A DNA stretch of 64,000 nucleotides from Azolla caroliniana (GCA_043228905.1 JBHGNT010000002.1:18352001-18416000); one strand, 5' to 3'. Shown: positions 48,901-61,637, counted from the stretch's first letter. Translations and numbers: made by a program. Notes: generated by a model from the sequence alone, not told the origin.

Positions 48901-51788
48901 ACAATTGAATTCATTGGTAGTTAGCGTAGCCAATTCATCAATTGATAATCTAGAACCTCACCGAGCATTATCTCATAATCTACAAACAATGTTGTGATGT
49001 GATGGAGTTAGAAAGAGAGAATAGTCTAATTTATATGATCTAGGTGTATTAAAGAAGGCCAAGGAAGGATAAGCATGTCTATGAGAAAAGAAGGGGGGAA
49101 ATATTTAATATTGAAAAATCTACTTGGAACTTAAATAACAAAAAATAGTTATTGATGCTATGATTTGAAAACTAACTACATACATTGAACTAGGTGTATG
49201 CATGATAGCAATAACAAATGCTAAGTTGACAACATCTGGAAAATTGTGAAGACACTATAACAATACTAGGGTAATTGTTTTTTTCTATTCTCTTTTGGGG
49301 TTGAACTCCACATCTTTCTTGATGCATCGCATTATACCATATGGAACATGCTTATGGAATGGTATGTTTGGAAATGTTATTGACCAACACACTATGTGAG
49401 CTTAAGCTGTTAACTACAAAGTGGCATTACTCTACGAATAAGCAAGAATCCTTGAGAATGGTCTACAAACACAATATTATGGGGCAAAACTATTGAAATC
49501 ACAAATTATGACCAATCTTGTGCTATTTTAGGTAGTCACAAAGGCCACACTCAATGGGAAGATGTTTCCATTTCCCATTATTTGGGGATTGGATCACAAC
49601 ATCATGTTATCTTAGATTCCTTTCACCTCCACTCACTTTGTATATTAATTGGTTGATACAAGGATGTTGTGATTTTTAGTGTAGATTGCAATTAGGGTGA
49701 AGAATCCAACAAAATCAAGACCTAGTTTCTAAATTAATAGCTCTAAGCAGAGAACCATTGGCAATTATACAAGCATTGCTTATAGTAAAGGCACACATCT
49801 CGATGAAGAGATGGATACCAAAAGAGAAAATACCAAAATCATAGGATCTAGATGTATTATGTAAGGCTAAGGAAGAGACACATATAGTTGCTCATAAATA
49901 TTTAACAAACATTATTATTATTTATTTTTTTCTTCAAAGATTTTCCTCAGTAATATTAAGAAAAGACATGTAAATGCTACAACTTAAGCTTGTGTGGCCA
50001 AAAGCTTACAATTTTCCATGTACAATGATATACTATAATCCTAAGACCGAAGATAGGACTTTGTAAAAGGTATTCAAATTTGTTGTTGCACTCTGCCGTG
50101 ATTCACTTGTATTCAAGAAAGCGTTCATGGGAGTTGATAGTTCCATTGAGGCCCTTGAGTTGACTCTATAAACAGGGGTAACTTTTTCCATAAGCGAAGG
50201 AGCTTCTTCTTTCCCTTGTTCACAGTCTCTGGTGAATCTTGCATGTTGTCATACTGGCCACGGACTACTGCCAGCAAGTTCTCCCATATCTCAAGCAAGA
50301 CATCTAAGAGGCATTGATCTACCGCATCATAAAGTCGGTTGCAACGACATTTCCATACTGCCCATAATGTTTTTGTAGTCATTGTTTCCCATATCTGGAC
50401 AGATCTCACCTACTTTCGAGGTTGCTGAAAGGGGCTGACTAATATCAATATTCTATTATGTACCATCATTGTCTCCTGAACATCGTTTGCGTCATACAAC
50501 ATCAAATTGGAATGTAGCACTCCCCACATCGTTGATCACAATGAAAATAGGTAGCCGACATTGATTGTTAAAAATAACGAAAGACCTTTATTCCATACTT
50601 GTTTAGCCAAAGGATATTAGGACCAAAGGGCATGCTTGGCAGTCTCCTGAGCTTCATGGCAAAAGGCACATTGTCGAAGATTGGGTGTTACATTCCATTT
50701 CAATGAGTGACCAACTGGTAAGGTCGTATGCACTAATAGCCATCTGAATAGAATAAATTTAGTTGGCCCCTTGAATGACCAAATCCAATAGGTTTTCAAA
50801 TGCAAAATTGAGACCCCCCCACTGGTCCAATGTTTCTGAGTTGTTGGTATCCTTGCATTTCGAGAGAGCAATACTGCTCTTCAAAGTTTTACTGAGTATT
50901 GAAAGAAGGGAACCTTTATGATCTGTTCCCCCAAGGAATGTGACCAAAACCAACCCCCTAGATCCCATGTTAATCTTGCAACTGGGTCTTTTGCATATAA
51001 CCACAACATATCACACATATGAGCAATTGAAGGATAAGGATCTAGCATACATTTCTTTCCAATTTTAGCAGCCACTCTAACTGGTGCACTTCGCAAGTGT
51101 TGTAGATAACTGCGCTCAAAGGTGTAAGGTTGTAATGTATGATTGTCTAGGACCTGAAATTTATGAAGCATCAATGTGTCATTTACAAAGCATCCAAACC
51201 ACATATGTTCCTTCCTGGGTTGAAAGGTTGTAGAAAACTAAGAATATGTTGTTGATATGCTAGCAATCATTATCTTGGCACCATGAACAGATTGTAAATG
51301 TGCAAGACGATCTTCTTGCACGACATTTGTTGAAATTGAGTCCAAGTTCTTACAGATGCATTAGGCCCGTTATCCAATTTTCCCCAAGCAATGTGAGTTC
51401 TAAGGCCCAACACTTTTCATGCATTTTCCTGCCATAAAGAATTGGCAAGAAGAGGCTGATTAAGTACTGCATCCCACGTAGAAGGCTTTTCCTTAAGCAA
51501 GATTAACTTAATTACATCCCATGCCCTTATGATTCCTAGCAAAAATCTATTGGATGCAAGATTTCGCCTTAGTGTTTGTATATCATTTAAGAATAACCAC
51601 TTTAAAGAGGGTGACCAAACACCACCCGTCTTAGGACTTAACTACATCAACTGATTTAGAAATATCCCTTTCTAAGCTTTTGATCCTGGCAGCAATCCTC
51701 TGATCACAAACTTAGTCAAAAGGGTTCTTGATTGCATTAAAGGATCTATCAAACCCAACCCTCCATTGCTTTTAGGTTGGATTAACAC

Positions 51789-54700
51789 TGTTGAGAGATC
51801 AAGCTCAACTTAGTTTAGTTAGTTGGTCAACACATGTAACTTAGTAGTTACCTAGATAGAATCTAGTTAGTGTGTTGACCATAAAGCCTTAAATAGGATT
51901 TTGTACTCGAGTGGGATACATTGTAGATCCACCACTCCATGCTCATTTAATATAGGACTTACATGTTGTACCTATATTCTCCTAGCACATGTGCACCCTT
52001 GCACATGAAACCTATATATACCTCATTGAAGGTATTTTTGTATTTGATGATAGTTGATGATATTTACCTTTTAATATACTTTATCATCCCCCATCTTGTT
52101 ATTGTGTTCATAAGTGTACTTCTCTCCCTCTTCCTCTCACACACACATACACGCACATATCACTTAATCTTCCACTATGTAATCGCTTAACTTAATCACA
52201 TAATTAGGTAATAATTATTCCTTAATTAATTGCCTAATCCTTAACATGGTATCAGAGCGTGTGGTTTAGAAAATTCCACTAAACCCACCCGACTCCGAGA
52301 TTGTGTGTTCGAGACACCAACGAAAAAATACGGACATCCACTACCGTGGTGCCGCTACGTAGCACAAGTACGTGATCGAAGAAAGAAGAGCCAAAAAGGA
52401 AGACACAAAACAACATGAACACACAAATGGGTAGCTCGCTCCCTAGCGAAAAGCTAGACCGGAGCAATTATTCATCTTGGGAGTACAAGATGACCCAATA
52501 CCTTGTCGGCCAAGGGTATTGGAGCTACATCAACGGCGCACTCGAGAACAAGCCCGACACCACAAACACCAACTACCCAACGTGGGAGCAAGGAGCGAAT
52601 CGGGTAATGTATTGCTTGGCAACATGTGTCCACGACCACATGCTTAGCCACATTTGAGACGCCAAGACGCCTAAAGAGGCGTGGGAGAACTTAAAGAAAA
52701 TGTTCGCCGCCAACACAACCGCCCACAAACTTCAACTTCGGCAAGAGTTGAATAACATTCGGCAAAAAGACATGTCTATGTCGGACTACACCGTCAAAAT
52801 CAAGAGCATTTGTGACTCGCTTGGCTCCATCAACATAAACGTGGACGAAGACGAGATGGTTCAAGTATACATGGGTGGCCTCGCACAACAATTTGATCCA
52901 CTACGGACGGCAATCTTGGCGAGAGAAAACCCTCCTTCATTCTTCGACCTCCAATCGATGTTATTGGTCGAAGAAAACCACGTCCGAACCAAAAGCAAGG
53001 CACCGGAAGGAGAAATGTTCTTCTCGAATTCGGACGGTAGTCGAGGAAGAGGTCGTGGCGGTAGAAGAGGAAGCCATGAAGGAACCTTCGGAAGAAGGGG
53101 GAGCTTCCAAGCCAAACAAGGTCAGCAAACGAGGCCCGCAACTTGCAATTATTGCAGCAAAATCGGCCACTATGAGGCGGAGTGTCGGAAGAAAAGAAGC
53201 AAGTCAGCGTCAACAAGGTGAAAACTCACAAACTACGCCAACAACTCCGAATACGAGGATTACGACGAACTATTCGTAATGCAGCATAGAGCGAACTCTA
53301 TGACGGCCTCCGACTCCGCAAAAATCTCCAATCTAGAAGACGTGTGGTTCGTAGATTCCGGCACCTCACATCACATGACATCCCACGAAGAGTGGTTTCG
53401 CGATTTACGAACGCCGGATCGACCCAGCTTTATAGAGACGGGAGACGACACCACGCATCCCATTTGGCACATCGGCAATGTCCCATTCGGGAAAGAAGGT
53501 GAGCAAACTTGCATCAAGAATGTCTTGCACATGCCCACAATAACATAGAATTTGGTCTCGGTTGGCCAAATCATGGAGCAAGGCATGCAAGTCTGCTTCA
53601 ACAAAGAAGGATGCTTCATCAAGAAAGATGGTCAAGTCGTAGCTAACGGGCGGAGAGAAGGCCGAATGTTCATCCTCAATTCGAACGAGGTGAAATCGAC
53701 AATGTACACCGAAGGTCTCAAAAAGAGACGAACATCGAGTTGTGGCACAAAAGAATCGGCCACATCAACCTCTAATAGCTCCAAGCTATGCAAACAAAGG
53801 GAGTCATCATCGAACTTCCGACATTCGAGTCAAAACGAATCGACCGAGTATGCGAAGCGTGTCAACTCGGAAAACAACATCGACTCCCATTCCCGAAGGA
53901 GAGCCACACGAGCAAAGGCCTCCTCGACGTCGTACACTCGGATGTATGGGGATCGGCTCAAACACCGACGATCGGCGGATGCTGATACTATGTAACCTTA
54001 ATCGACGACTACTCGCACTACGCGTGGATCTACCCAATGAAGAAGAAAAGTGAAGTGCTCTCCCACTTCCAAAAGCTAAAGGGGCAAGTCGAAAAAGAAA
54101 CCAGTCGGCACATTCGATGCCTACAATTGGATGGAGGCAAGGAGTACTTCTCTGATGAATTCACCTCCTACCTCCAAAGTGAAGGCATTCATAGAGAATT
54201 CTCGTGCCGACACACACCCCAACAAAATGGAGTCGCCGAAAGGAAGAATCGGCAAATACTTGAGGTAGCACGCGCCATGATGCATGAGAAGCACATGCCG
54301 AATTTCTATTGGGCCGAAGCGGCATCCACGGCTGTCTATCTCATGAACCGATGCACCACCAATGGAGTCCATGAGCTAACTCCATATGAGCTCCTTGTTG
54401 GAAGGAAGCCGATCTTGTCGCACCTCAAGGTGTTCGGAAGCATTGCGAATGTACGAATCCCGAACGAACAACGACAAAAGCCCGACGCGAAGTCAGAGGA
54501 ATGTCTCCTCGTAGGATACTCGTCCGAGAAGAAGGCGTACAAGAGCTACAACCCGTCAACGCGAGATTTTTGCGTAAGTCAAGACGTAGTGTTCGACGAG
54601 TACGCATCCTGGTACGCACTAGAGACCTCTTCGACTCCAACTACGCTCGATGCAGATTACGCTGAACAAGAGGTAGAAGCCGAAGATCAACTCGCGCATA

Positions 54701-55734
54701 TGAACAAAGAAAGTCCGATTACGACCGAGCCTAGTGGGCCACAAGAGCCCCCACGCGACCCAAGCACGTCGCGGCCAAGTACGAACTTGGACAAAGGCAA
54801 AGGTAAGATGCCCAAATACGAAGTCGATCACCCCGACGACAGTGATTCGGATGTGTCGGCTCCCTCACTAGACAGTGAGTTTGTTGTACCCATCATGCGT
54901 ACACCCGGAGTAAAGAAGGCGCTCACATCGGCGAGCGAAAAACTTCGACGCTCATCTAGAGCAAAGAACCACGTCACCCGGCACGGCTACAACGAGTACA
55001 TGGCCCATCATTACGCCTTCGCGATGAAGGTAGCGTCCGAACAAGAGCCCAAGAGCTCCACCGAAGCGGCTCGTAACCCACGATGGGTGGAAGTAGCCGA
55101 CCTTCGCCCACACACTACAAGCCTTCGTCACCGGCTTGAGGGGGAGGAACCAAGATTGTCACGACGAGGAAAGCCGAAGGCCGGACGGAAGCCGCACAGA
55201 AACCGATATCGGAAGCTGGACAACGTTGAAAACAACGTCGGATGTCAGGCGCGTCACACTTGAGCTTGAGGGGGCGTGTTGAGAGATCAAGCTCAACTTA
55301 GTTTAGTTAGTTAGTCAACACATGTAACTTAGTAGGTACCTAGATAGAATCTCGTTAGAGTGTTGACCATAAAGCCTTAAATAGGATTTTGTACTCGAGT
55401 GGGATACATTGTAGATCCACCACTTCATGCTCATTTAATATAGGACTTACACGTTGTACCTATATTCTCCTAGCACATGTGCACCCTTGCAAATAAAACC
55501 TATATATACCTCATTGAAGGTATTTTTGTATTTGATGATAGTTGATGATATTTACCTTTTAATATACTTTATCATCCCCCATCTTGTTATTGTGTTCATA
55601 AGTGTACTTCTCTCCCTCTTCCTCTCACACACACATACACACACATATCACTTAATCTTCCACTACATAATCTCTTAACTTAATCACATAATTAGGTAAT
55701 AATTATTCCTTAATTAATTGCCTAATCCTTAACA
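51789..55734 (+). mobile_element. Ty1/Copia element F, non-autonomous (Gag-PR-INT, no RT/RNase H), same family as B
   Basis: 458-bp LTRs at 51789-52246 and 55277-55734. TSD AACAC. PBS TGGTATCAGAGC at 52247. PPT GAGGGGGCG. Coding remnants 52415-55263. Confidence 0.95.
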
Positions 55735-56631
55735 AACACATTCCAAGCAACTTTGGCTACTGTTGGAGATCCCTATTTTCCCCCCAAAGGAAATTTCGGA
55801 TCAAACTTTGCACTTTCTTTATTGTAGATCTAGAAAATAGCCAAACAAATGATATAAACCACATTGAAGCCAACAAGAAAGAGTTTGCTACTACAACCTG
55901 ACCTGCAAAGGATAATTGTTGGTCATCCCAATGTAGTAGTTTACCTTTTACTGACAATATTAATGGCGATAGCATTTCTTTTGGATGCAAATCTATACCA
56001 ACCATACATCCCAAATAACGAACTGGTTCACTATGATGAAGCCATCGGAAAGGGCCTGGATACCATCTAGAGTGAGTTTCTTCACCTACGCAAAGTCCAA
56101 TTGACTTGTTCTAGTTAAGTGATGCACCTGTAGCATCTGAGAAAACTTGCAACGCATCTTGTACTCGACTGAGATTACTAATCTCCCCATCAACATAAAG
56201 AGGGTCGTGTCATTTGCAAATTCAGCATCCAATACAATAGGTTGTGTAAAAGGTAATGTTTTTTCCTTTTATACCTGTCAAAGATGATCTTAGGTAGGAG
56301 GACATGACCTCCCCAAACAAGATAAAAAGAAAAAGGACAAGTGTCATAACTAGACTCGAACCCATAACCTTTTGTTACACGGGTCGAGACTTTACCATTA
56401 GGTTATAAATTGTAATTTGAAGGATATTATTTTCATTTAGGTTTTATTGGGAAATTGATGTATATTCCAGATTTCTCTGGAACATTCTAGAAACTTCAGG
56501 AGTATTCCTGAAGACACTATAAAAGGAGGCGCAAGGCATTAGTTCGAACCAAATCGGTTCAACGCCAGTCTTAAGCCTTCTAACTACTGTTGTATATCTT
56601 CCTTCATATAATACATATACCTTTCGCATCA

Positions 56632-56669
<38 letters not shown>

Positions 56670-56804
56670 ACCCATTCCTTCTCTCAAAGTTCGACACCTC
56701 TCATAGTACTAATCCTTCTCTGTCTTAGTACTATTCCCCGACAATAGTACTAATCCTTCTTTTAGTACTAATTCCTTCTCTGCCTTAATAGAGTTCCTGA
56801 CAGT

Positions 56805-56816
56805 TTGAACCGATTT
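56805..56816 (+). promoter_or_regulatory. Self-priming PBS of H
   Basis: TTGAACCGATTT is the exact reverse complement of AAATCGGTTCAA at 56551-56562, which starts 33 nt after the first base of TATAAAA (56518). Confidence 0.8.
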
Positions 56817-57073
56817 CTCGGTGCCTGTCTGGTCTTTTCTCTCCCTCTTCCTTCTGTCTCCCTCCTTTCCTATTAGTCTCTTATTTCCCTTTTCCTTCAT
56901 CCCATGGCCACCGTTAGCGTTGAAGAGTATCAATCCGTTTTCTCGGAATTTCAATGCTTGAAAGAGAAGTTTCATGCTTTGGACAAGAAAATCAACGCTT
57001 GTTGGGGGATCTTCAATAAATTTCCTTAGAAAAGCAGCAAACGCAACAACAGCATGGGGAACTTGCGTTACGC

Positions 57074-58072
57074 GTGCAACAACTCGAAGCAACCATCGTA
57101 GCAATGCAACAACAAGGGCACGGAGCACAAGGGATTCATAAAGAACCCAAGATTGGCCTTCCCACGAAGTTCGATGGAACGCGATCGCAGTTTAGAGGGT
57201 TTCTTAACCAGGTACGGTTAGTTATTCAAATGCATCCGTCCCGATATCCCACCGATGCATCACGAGTGGGTTTAGTAGGCACATTGTTAAATGGCTCAGC
57301 ATTAGCATGGTTCGCTCCGCTACTAGAAAAGGAATCTCCAGTACTAAATAATTTTGAAGAATTCATAAGTGAGTTTAAAGCATGTTTTGGAGATACTGAC
57401 AGCATAAGGACTGCAATCAACAAAATCCGGCGATTACGCCAAGGTGACCGTCCAGCCTCCGCATATGCTGCAGATTTCCGCCTACTCGCCGCCGATATCC
57501 CCTGGGATGATCAAGCATTGATGGAGCAGTTCCGCTATGGTCTACACAACGATGTCAAGGATTTACTCTTGACTTTCCCTGAAGAGCCAAAATCATTAAC
57601 AGAAGCAATCAGTCGAGCGGTCAGATGTGACAACCGCCTCTTCGAGCGACGTTCGGAACGACAATTTCAGATGCCGAGGGCAAGATCCGAGCCTACCTAT
57701 GCCTCAGTGGTAGCAAAACCTTTTCAAAGGGAGTCACATAATGCGCCTCCAGTAAGTACTCCAACTCCAATGGAAATTGACACTACACGTCGTCGTGGGC
57801 CGCTATCGGAGGAGGAAAAGCAACGACGCCGAACAAACCGATTATGCCTTTATTGCGGTGGACCAGGGCATATCGCGATAAACTGTCCCCATAGACCAAG
57901 AAGGCAGGTAAACCAAGTCATTGTTAGTTCTGACTATACTAAACCCGAGTCTATTTCAGTAGGAATCTCTGATAGTCCTCATAGTCATAATAGTCCTAAT
58001 AGTACTAATAGTCCGAATCTCGCAAACAAATTTGATGTCCTTAGCCAATTAGAAGAAGAGTTAAACGACTAA
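57074..58072 (+). CDS. gag: Chromovirus Gag (original start probably ATG 56904, now cut off by a frameshift and a stop)
   Basis: PTKFDG, LRQG, PMEID and CLYCGGPGHIAINC. Confidence 0.88.
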   Translation: MQQLEATIVAMQQQGHGAQGIHKEPKIGLPTKFDGTRSQFRGFLNQVRLVIQMHPSRYPTDASRVGLVGTLLNGSALAWFAPLLEKESPVLNNFEEFISEFKACFGDTDSIRTAINKIRRLRQGDRPASAYAADFRLLAADIPWDDQALMEQFRYGLHNDVKDLLLTFPEEPKSLTEAISRAVRCDNRLFERRSERQFQMPRARSEPTYASVVAKPFQRESHNAPPVSTPTPMEIDTTRRRGPLSEEEKQRRRTNRLCLYCGGPGHIAINCPHRPRRQVNQVIVSSDYTKPESISVGISDSPHSHNSPNSTNSPNLANKFDVLSQLEEELND

Positions 58073-58098
58073 GTCCAGCCAAAATAGGAGCCGTTTGG

Positions 58099-61000
58099 TT
58101 GGACAGCCCTAGATCTGTGCAGCCCATTAGTGGTTCCATTCCCTCTAAGCAAGTTAGTGATGTGTTCGTAGCCCAAGTAGCAGTTAGTACTAAAAGTACC
58201 CCTCCAGTACATACCTTAGCCCTTCTAGATTCCGGAGCTAATTCTTGCTTCATGGATAGGAATTTTGCCCGAGCTCATCAGATATCTCTCAGAAAGCTCC
58301 CATGTCCAGCCTCAGTAGTAGTCATTGATGGTCGTCCCATTGCTTCTGGTAATATCATAGAAGAGTCGGAACCCGTTAATATTGTCCTAGATAACTTAAC
58401 ATGTGTAGTATCATTTAATATTATTAGTATTCCAGAACATCCCATAGTTTTAGGATTACCATGGTTCGAGTTACATAACCCAGACATAGATTGGAGGACA
58501 AGGGAAATCCGGTTGCGACAAACCCAAGGATCTACCCAGAAGGTTGCAACCATTTCGCTACGTCAGTTGCGTGAGGAAGGGCGCAAGGAGGAAATGTTTC
58601 TCTTCGCAATATCAGTACAACCCTCCAGTACCACCAAAGAGGAGTCCACCGTTCAACTTCCCGAGAAGTATCGTCAGTATGCTGATGTGTTCGATAAAGT
58701 ACAAGCCAACACACTTCCTCATCATCGGCCGTACGATTGCGCCATCGACTTACAACCGGGAAAAGAGCCGCCATGGGGGCCGATCTACAATTTGTCACCA
58801 ACCGAGCTAGAAGTCCTTCGAGCCTATATAGAGGAGAATTTGGAGAACGGTTTCATTCGGCATTCGAAATCTCCAGCCGGCGCACCCATTTTCTTCGTCA
58901 AGAAAAAAGATGGCTCGCTTCGACTCGTTGTAGATTACCGTGGCTTGAATAAGGTCACAGTAAGAAATAGGTATGCTCTTCCCCTTATCTCAAGTCTTTT
59001 AGAACGGATCAACGGTGCCAGGTTCTTCACGAAGATCGACTTACGAGGAGCCTATAACCTCGTACGGATCCGACCAGGAGATGAATGGAAGACCGCGTTT
59101 CGCACCAGATATGGGCACTTCGAGTATACGGTCATGCCGTTCGGACTCACTAATGCGCCGGCAGTCTTCCAGCACATGGCGAATGATATATTTCGAGATC
59201 TCTTGGATGATTTTTTGATCATCTATTTGGATGATCTACTGGTTTATTCAAAGACCCAAGAAGAACATGATTCTCATGTACTATTAGTACTAAAACGACT
59301 TCGAGAACATGGTCTGTATGCAAAGTTAGAGAAATGTAGTTTCGGGTGCAACCAAGTGGAGTTTCTCGGCTATGTCATCTCCTCAGAAGGCATATCTATG
59401 GACCCAGCCAAGGTCAAAACGGTGATAGAATGGCACACTCCGCGTTCGGTGCGGGATGTGCAATGCTTCCTAGGCTTTGCAAATTTTTACTGGAAGTTCA
59501 TACAAAATTACTCAAAAATTGTGCTGCCTCTCACACAGCTCACCAGGAAGGGACAATCATTCATTTGGTCTAAAGAGACGGACATGGCTTTCGAGAGTCT
59601 TAAGAAGGCGTTTACATCAGCTCCAATTTTAGGTCATGTGGATCCGGAAAAACCATTCATTATCGAAGCTGACGCATCGGATTTCGCATTGGGGAGCATT
59701 CTGTCACAACAGGGTAACGACGAGAAGCTACATCCTGTGGCTTTCCACTCCCGTAAGTTTGACGCCGCCGAAATCAACTACGAAATTCATGATAAAGAGC
59801 TATTAGCAATAGTTGATTCTTTTATGCAATGGAGGCATTTCCTGGAGGGATCTCCTCATCAGGTCACTGTATTCAGTGACCACAAGAACCTTGCCTACTT
59901 TCAAGATGCTCGTGTACTGAATCAACGTCAAGCTCGGTGGGCCCACTTCCTCACACGCTTCGACTTCAAAATTACATATCGTCCGGGGAAGCACCAAGGG
60001 AAGGCAGATGCATTATCACGGCGTTCGTATCTAACACCACGTCCCGGTGAGCCAGCTTTCGATAACCAGAAGCAAGTAATCTTGGGTCCAGCACGACTGC
60101 AAGCAGCACAGGTCTTTGACATGCCCGTGGATTCCGACATTACCAATACTATACGTGAGGACTTGAAGACTGACGCTTTCGCCCAAGCTATACTAGCACA
60201 AATTGACCCCTCTCGAGCGTCATGTTCACAATCACAATCACCAGGTACGGATTATCGGCAATTCAAATACTGTGATGGATTACTCTTCTTTAAAGAACTT
60301 TTGTATGTTCCTAATGGTTCTTGCCGCCTTCGAGTAGTACAAAACTGCCATGACACATATACAGCAGGACATTTTGGTAGTACTAAAACATTAGATTTAG
60401 TACAACGATCATTCTGGTGGCCCCGTATGCGACAATTTGTCGAAGATTTTGTTCGGACTTGCGATACATGCTGCAGAGCGAAAATGCCAAGACATCATCC
60501 ATATGGTTTATTAGAACCATTACCAATTCCAAGCAAGCCATGGCAATCCATTGCTCTTGACTTCATTACAGATCTTCCAGTCTCTAAGGGATTCAGTGCG
60601 ATTCTCACAGTGGTGGATCGATATACAAAGATGGCTCATTTCTTACCATGTACTAAAGAAATATCTAGTGAAGACACCGCCGAAATTGTCATGCGGGAAG
60701 TATGTCGGCATCATGGACTCCCTGATAATATCATCAGCGATCGTGGACCCCAGTTTGTGTCAAAATTCTGGAAGCACCTTTTTAAAATGCTGAAGGTCAC
60801 TTGTCACCTCTCCTCCGGCTACCACCCACAAACCGACGGTCAAGCTGAACGAACAAATCAAACACTGGAGCAGTATCTGCGGTGCTTTCTCAACTATCAT
60901 CAGAATGACTGGGCAGATATTCTTCAGTTCGCCGAATTTGCCTATAATAACGCTATCCACGCATCGACTAAAGTCACGCCATTCTACGCTTATACAGGAT

Positions 61001-61467
61001 ATCATCCCCGGTGGTGTGTCCTTGAAACCCCAGAAGTGTCCACAAATCCTTGCGCGGAGGATCGTTTGGAGCGGTTACGCAAGATACAAGCGGATTTATC
61101 TACTCAACTCCAGCAAGCTCAACAATCACACAAGGACTACGCAGATCGTCATCGACTTCCATCCAGTTTTAACATTGGAGATCGGGTGTGGCTGCTACGA
61201 CGACACATCAAGACTACTCGCCCATGTGAGAAGTTGGATTATCGGCGATTAGGTCCTTTCCGTATTATCGGGAAGATGTCGAGCTACCTCCGCAACTTCG
61301 GATACATCCGGTGTTTCATAGTTCTCTCCTCGAACCCTATCACGAGAGCACTATCCCAGGACGTACTATACAACCACCACCTCCTATCGAGCTCGAAGAT
61401 GGACCTGAGTATGAGGTCGCTGCCATCCTCGATTCCAAGATTGTTCGCAACAAGCTCTACTATCTAG
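58099..61467 (+). CDS. pol: Chromovirus Pol (PR-RT-RH-INT), -1 frame relative to gag; frameshifting deletion near 61278
   Basis: LLDSGA, YLDD, DASD, HHCC, SDRGPQF, GQAER and GPF motifs. Confidence 0.92.
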   Translation: MDSPRSVQPISGSIPSKQVSDVFVAQVAVSTKSTPPVHTLALLDSGANSCFMDRNFARAHQISLRKLPCPASVVVIDGRPIASGNIIEESEPVNIVLDNLTCVVSFNIISIPEHPIVLGLPWFELHNPDIDWRTREIRLRQTQGSTQKVATISLRQLREEGRKEEMFLFAISVQPSSTTKEESTVQLPEKYRQYADVFDKVQANTLPHHRPYDCAIDLQPGKEPPWGPIYNLSPTELEVLRAYIEENLENGFIRHSKSPAGAPIFFVKKKDGSLRLVVDYRGLNKVTVRNRYALPLISSLLERINGARFFTKIDLRGAYNLVRIRPGDEWKTAFRTRYGHFEYTVMPFGLTNAPAVFQHMANDIFRDLLDDFLIIYLDDLLVYSKTQEEHDSHVLLVLKRLREHGLYAKLEKCSFGCNQVEFLGYVISSEGISMDPAKVKTVIEWHTPRSVRDVQCFLGFANFYWKFIQNYSKIVLPLTQLTRKGQSFIWSKETDMAFESLKKAFTSAPILGHVDPEKPFIIEADASDFALGSILSQQGNDEKLHPVAFHSRKFDAAEINYEIHDKELLAIVDSFMQWRHFLEGSPHQVTVFSDHKNLAYFQDARVLNQRQARWAHFLTRFDFKITYRPGKHQGKADALSRRSYLTPRPGEPAFDNQKQVILGPARLQAAQVFDMPVDSDITNTIREDLKTDAFAQAILAQIDPSRASCSQSQSPGTDYRQFKYCDGLLFFKELLYVPNGSCRLRVVQNCHDTYTAGHFGSTKTLDLVQRSFWWPRMRQFVEDFVRTCDTCCRAKMPRHHPYGLLEPLPIPSKPWQSIALDFITDLPVSKGFSAILTVVDRYTKMAHFLPCTKEISSEDTAEIVMREVCRHHGLPDNIISDRGPQFVSKFWKHLFKMLKVTCHLSSGYHPQTDGQAERTNQTLEQYLRCFLNYHQNDWADILQFAEFAYNNAIHASTKVTPFYAYTGYHPRWCVLETPEVSTNPCAEDRLERLRKIQADLSTQLQQAQQSHKDYADRHRLPSSFNIGDRVWLLRRHIKTTRPCEKLDYRRLGPFRIIGKMSSYLRNFGYIRCFIVLSSNPITRALSQDVLYNHHLLSSSKMDLSMRSLPSSIPRLFATSSTI

Positions 61468-61637
61468 TCGATTGGCTAGGATATAGTCCCAGCGAGCATA
61501 CTTGGGAACCGATCGAGAATGTGACCAATGCTCGTGCTCTTCTAGAAGACTTCCATCGACGATATCCCGAGAAACCGGGTCCTCAATCCAAAACGACTCG
61601 TGGAACTCGTCGTTTTAAAGGGGGGATAGTGTCATAA
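61311..61637 (+). pseudogene. Pol C-terminal chromodomain, now out of frame
   Basis: FHSSLLEPY..EYEVAAILDS..YYLVDWLGY..TWEP. Confidence 0.88.
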
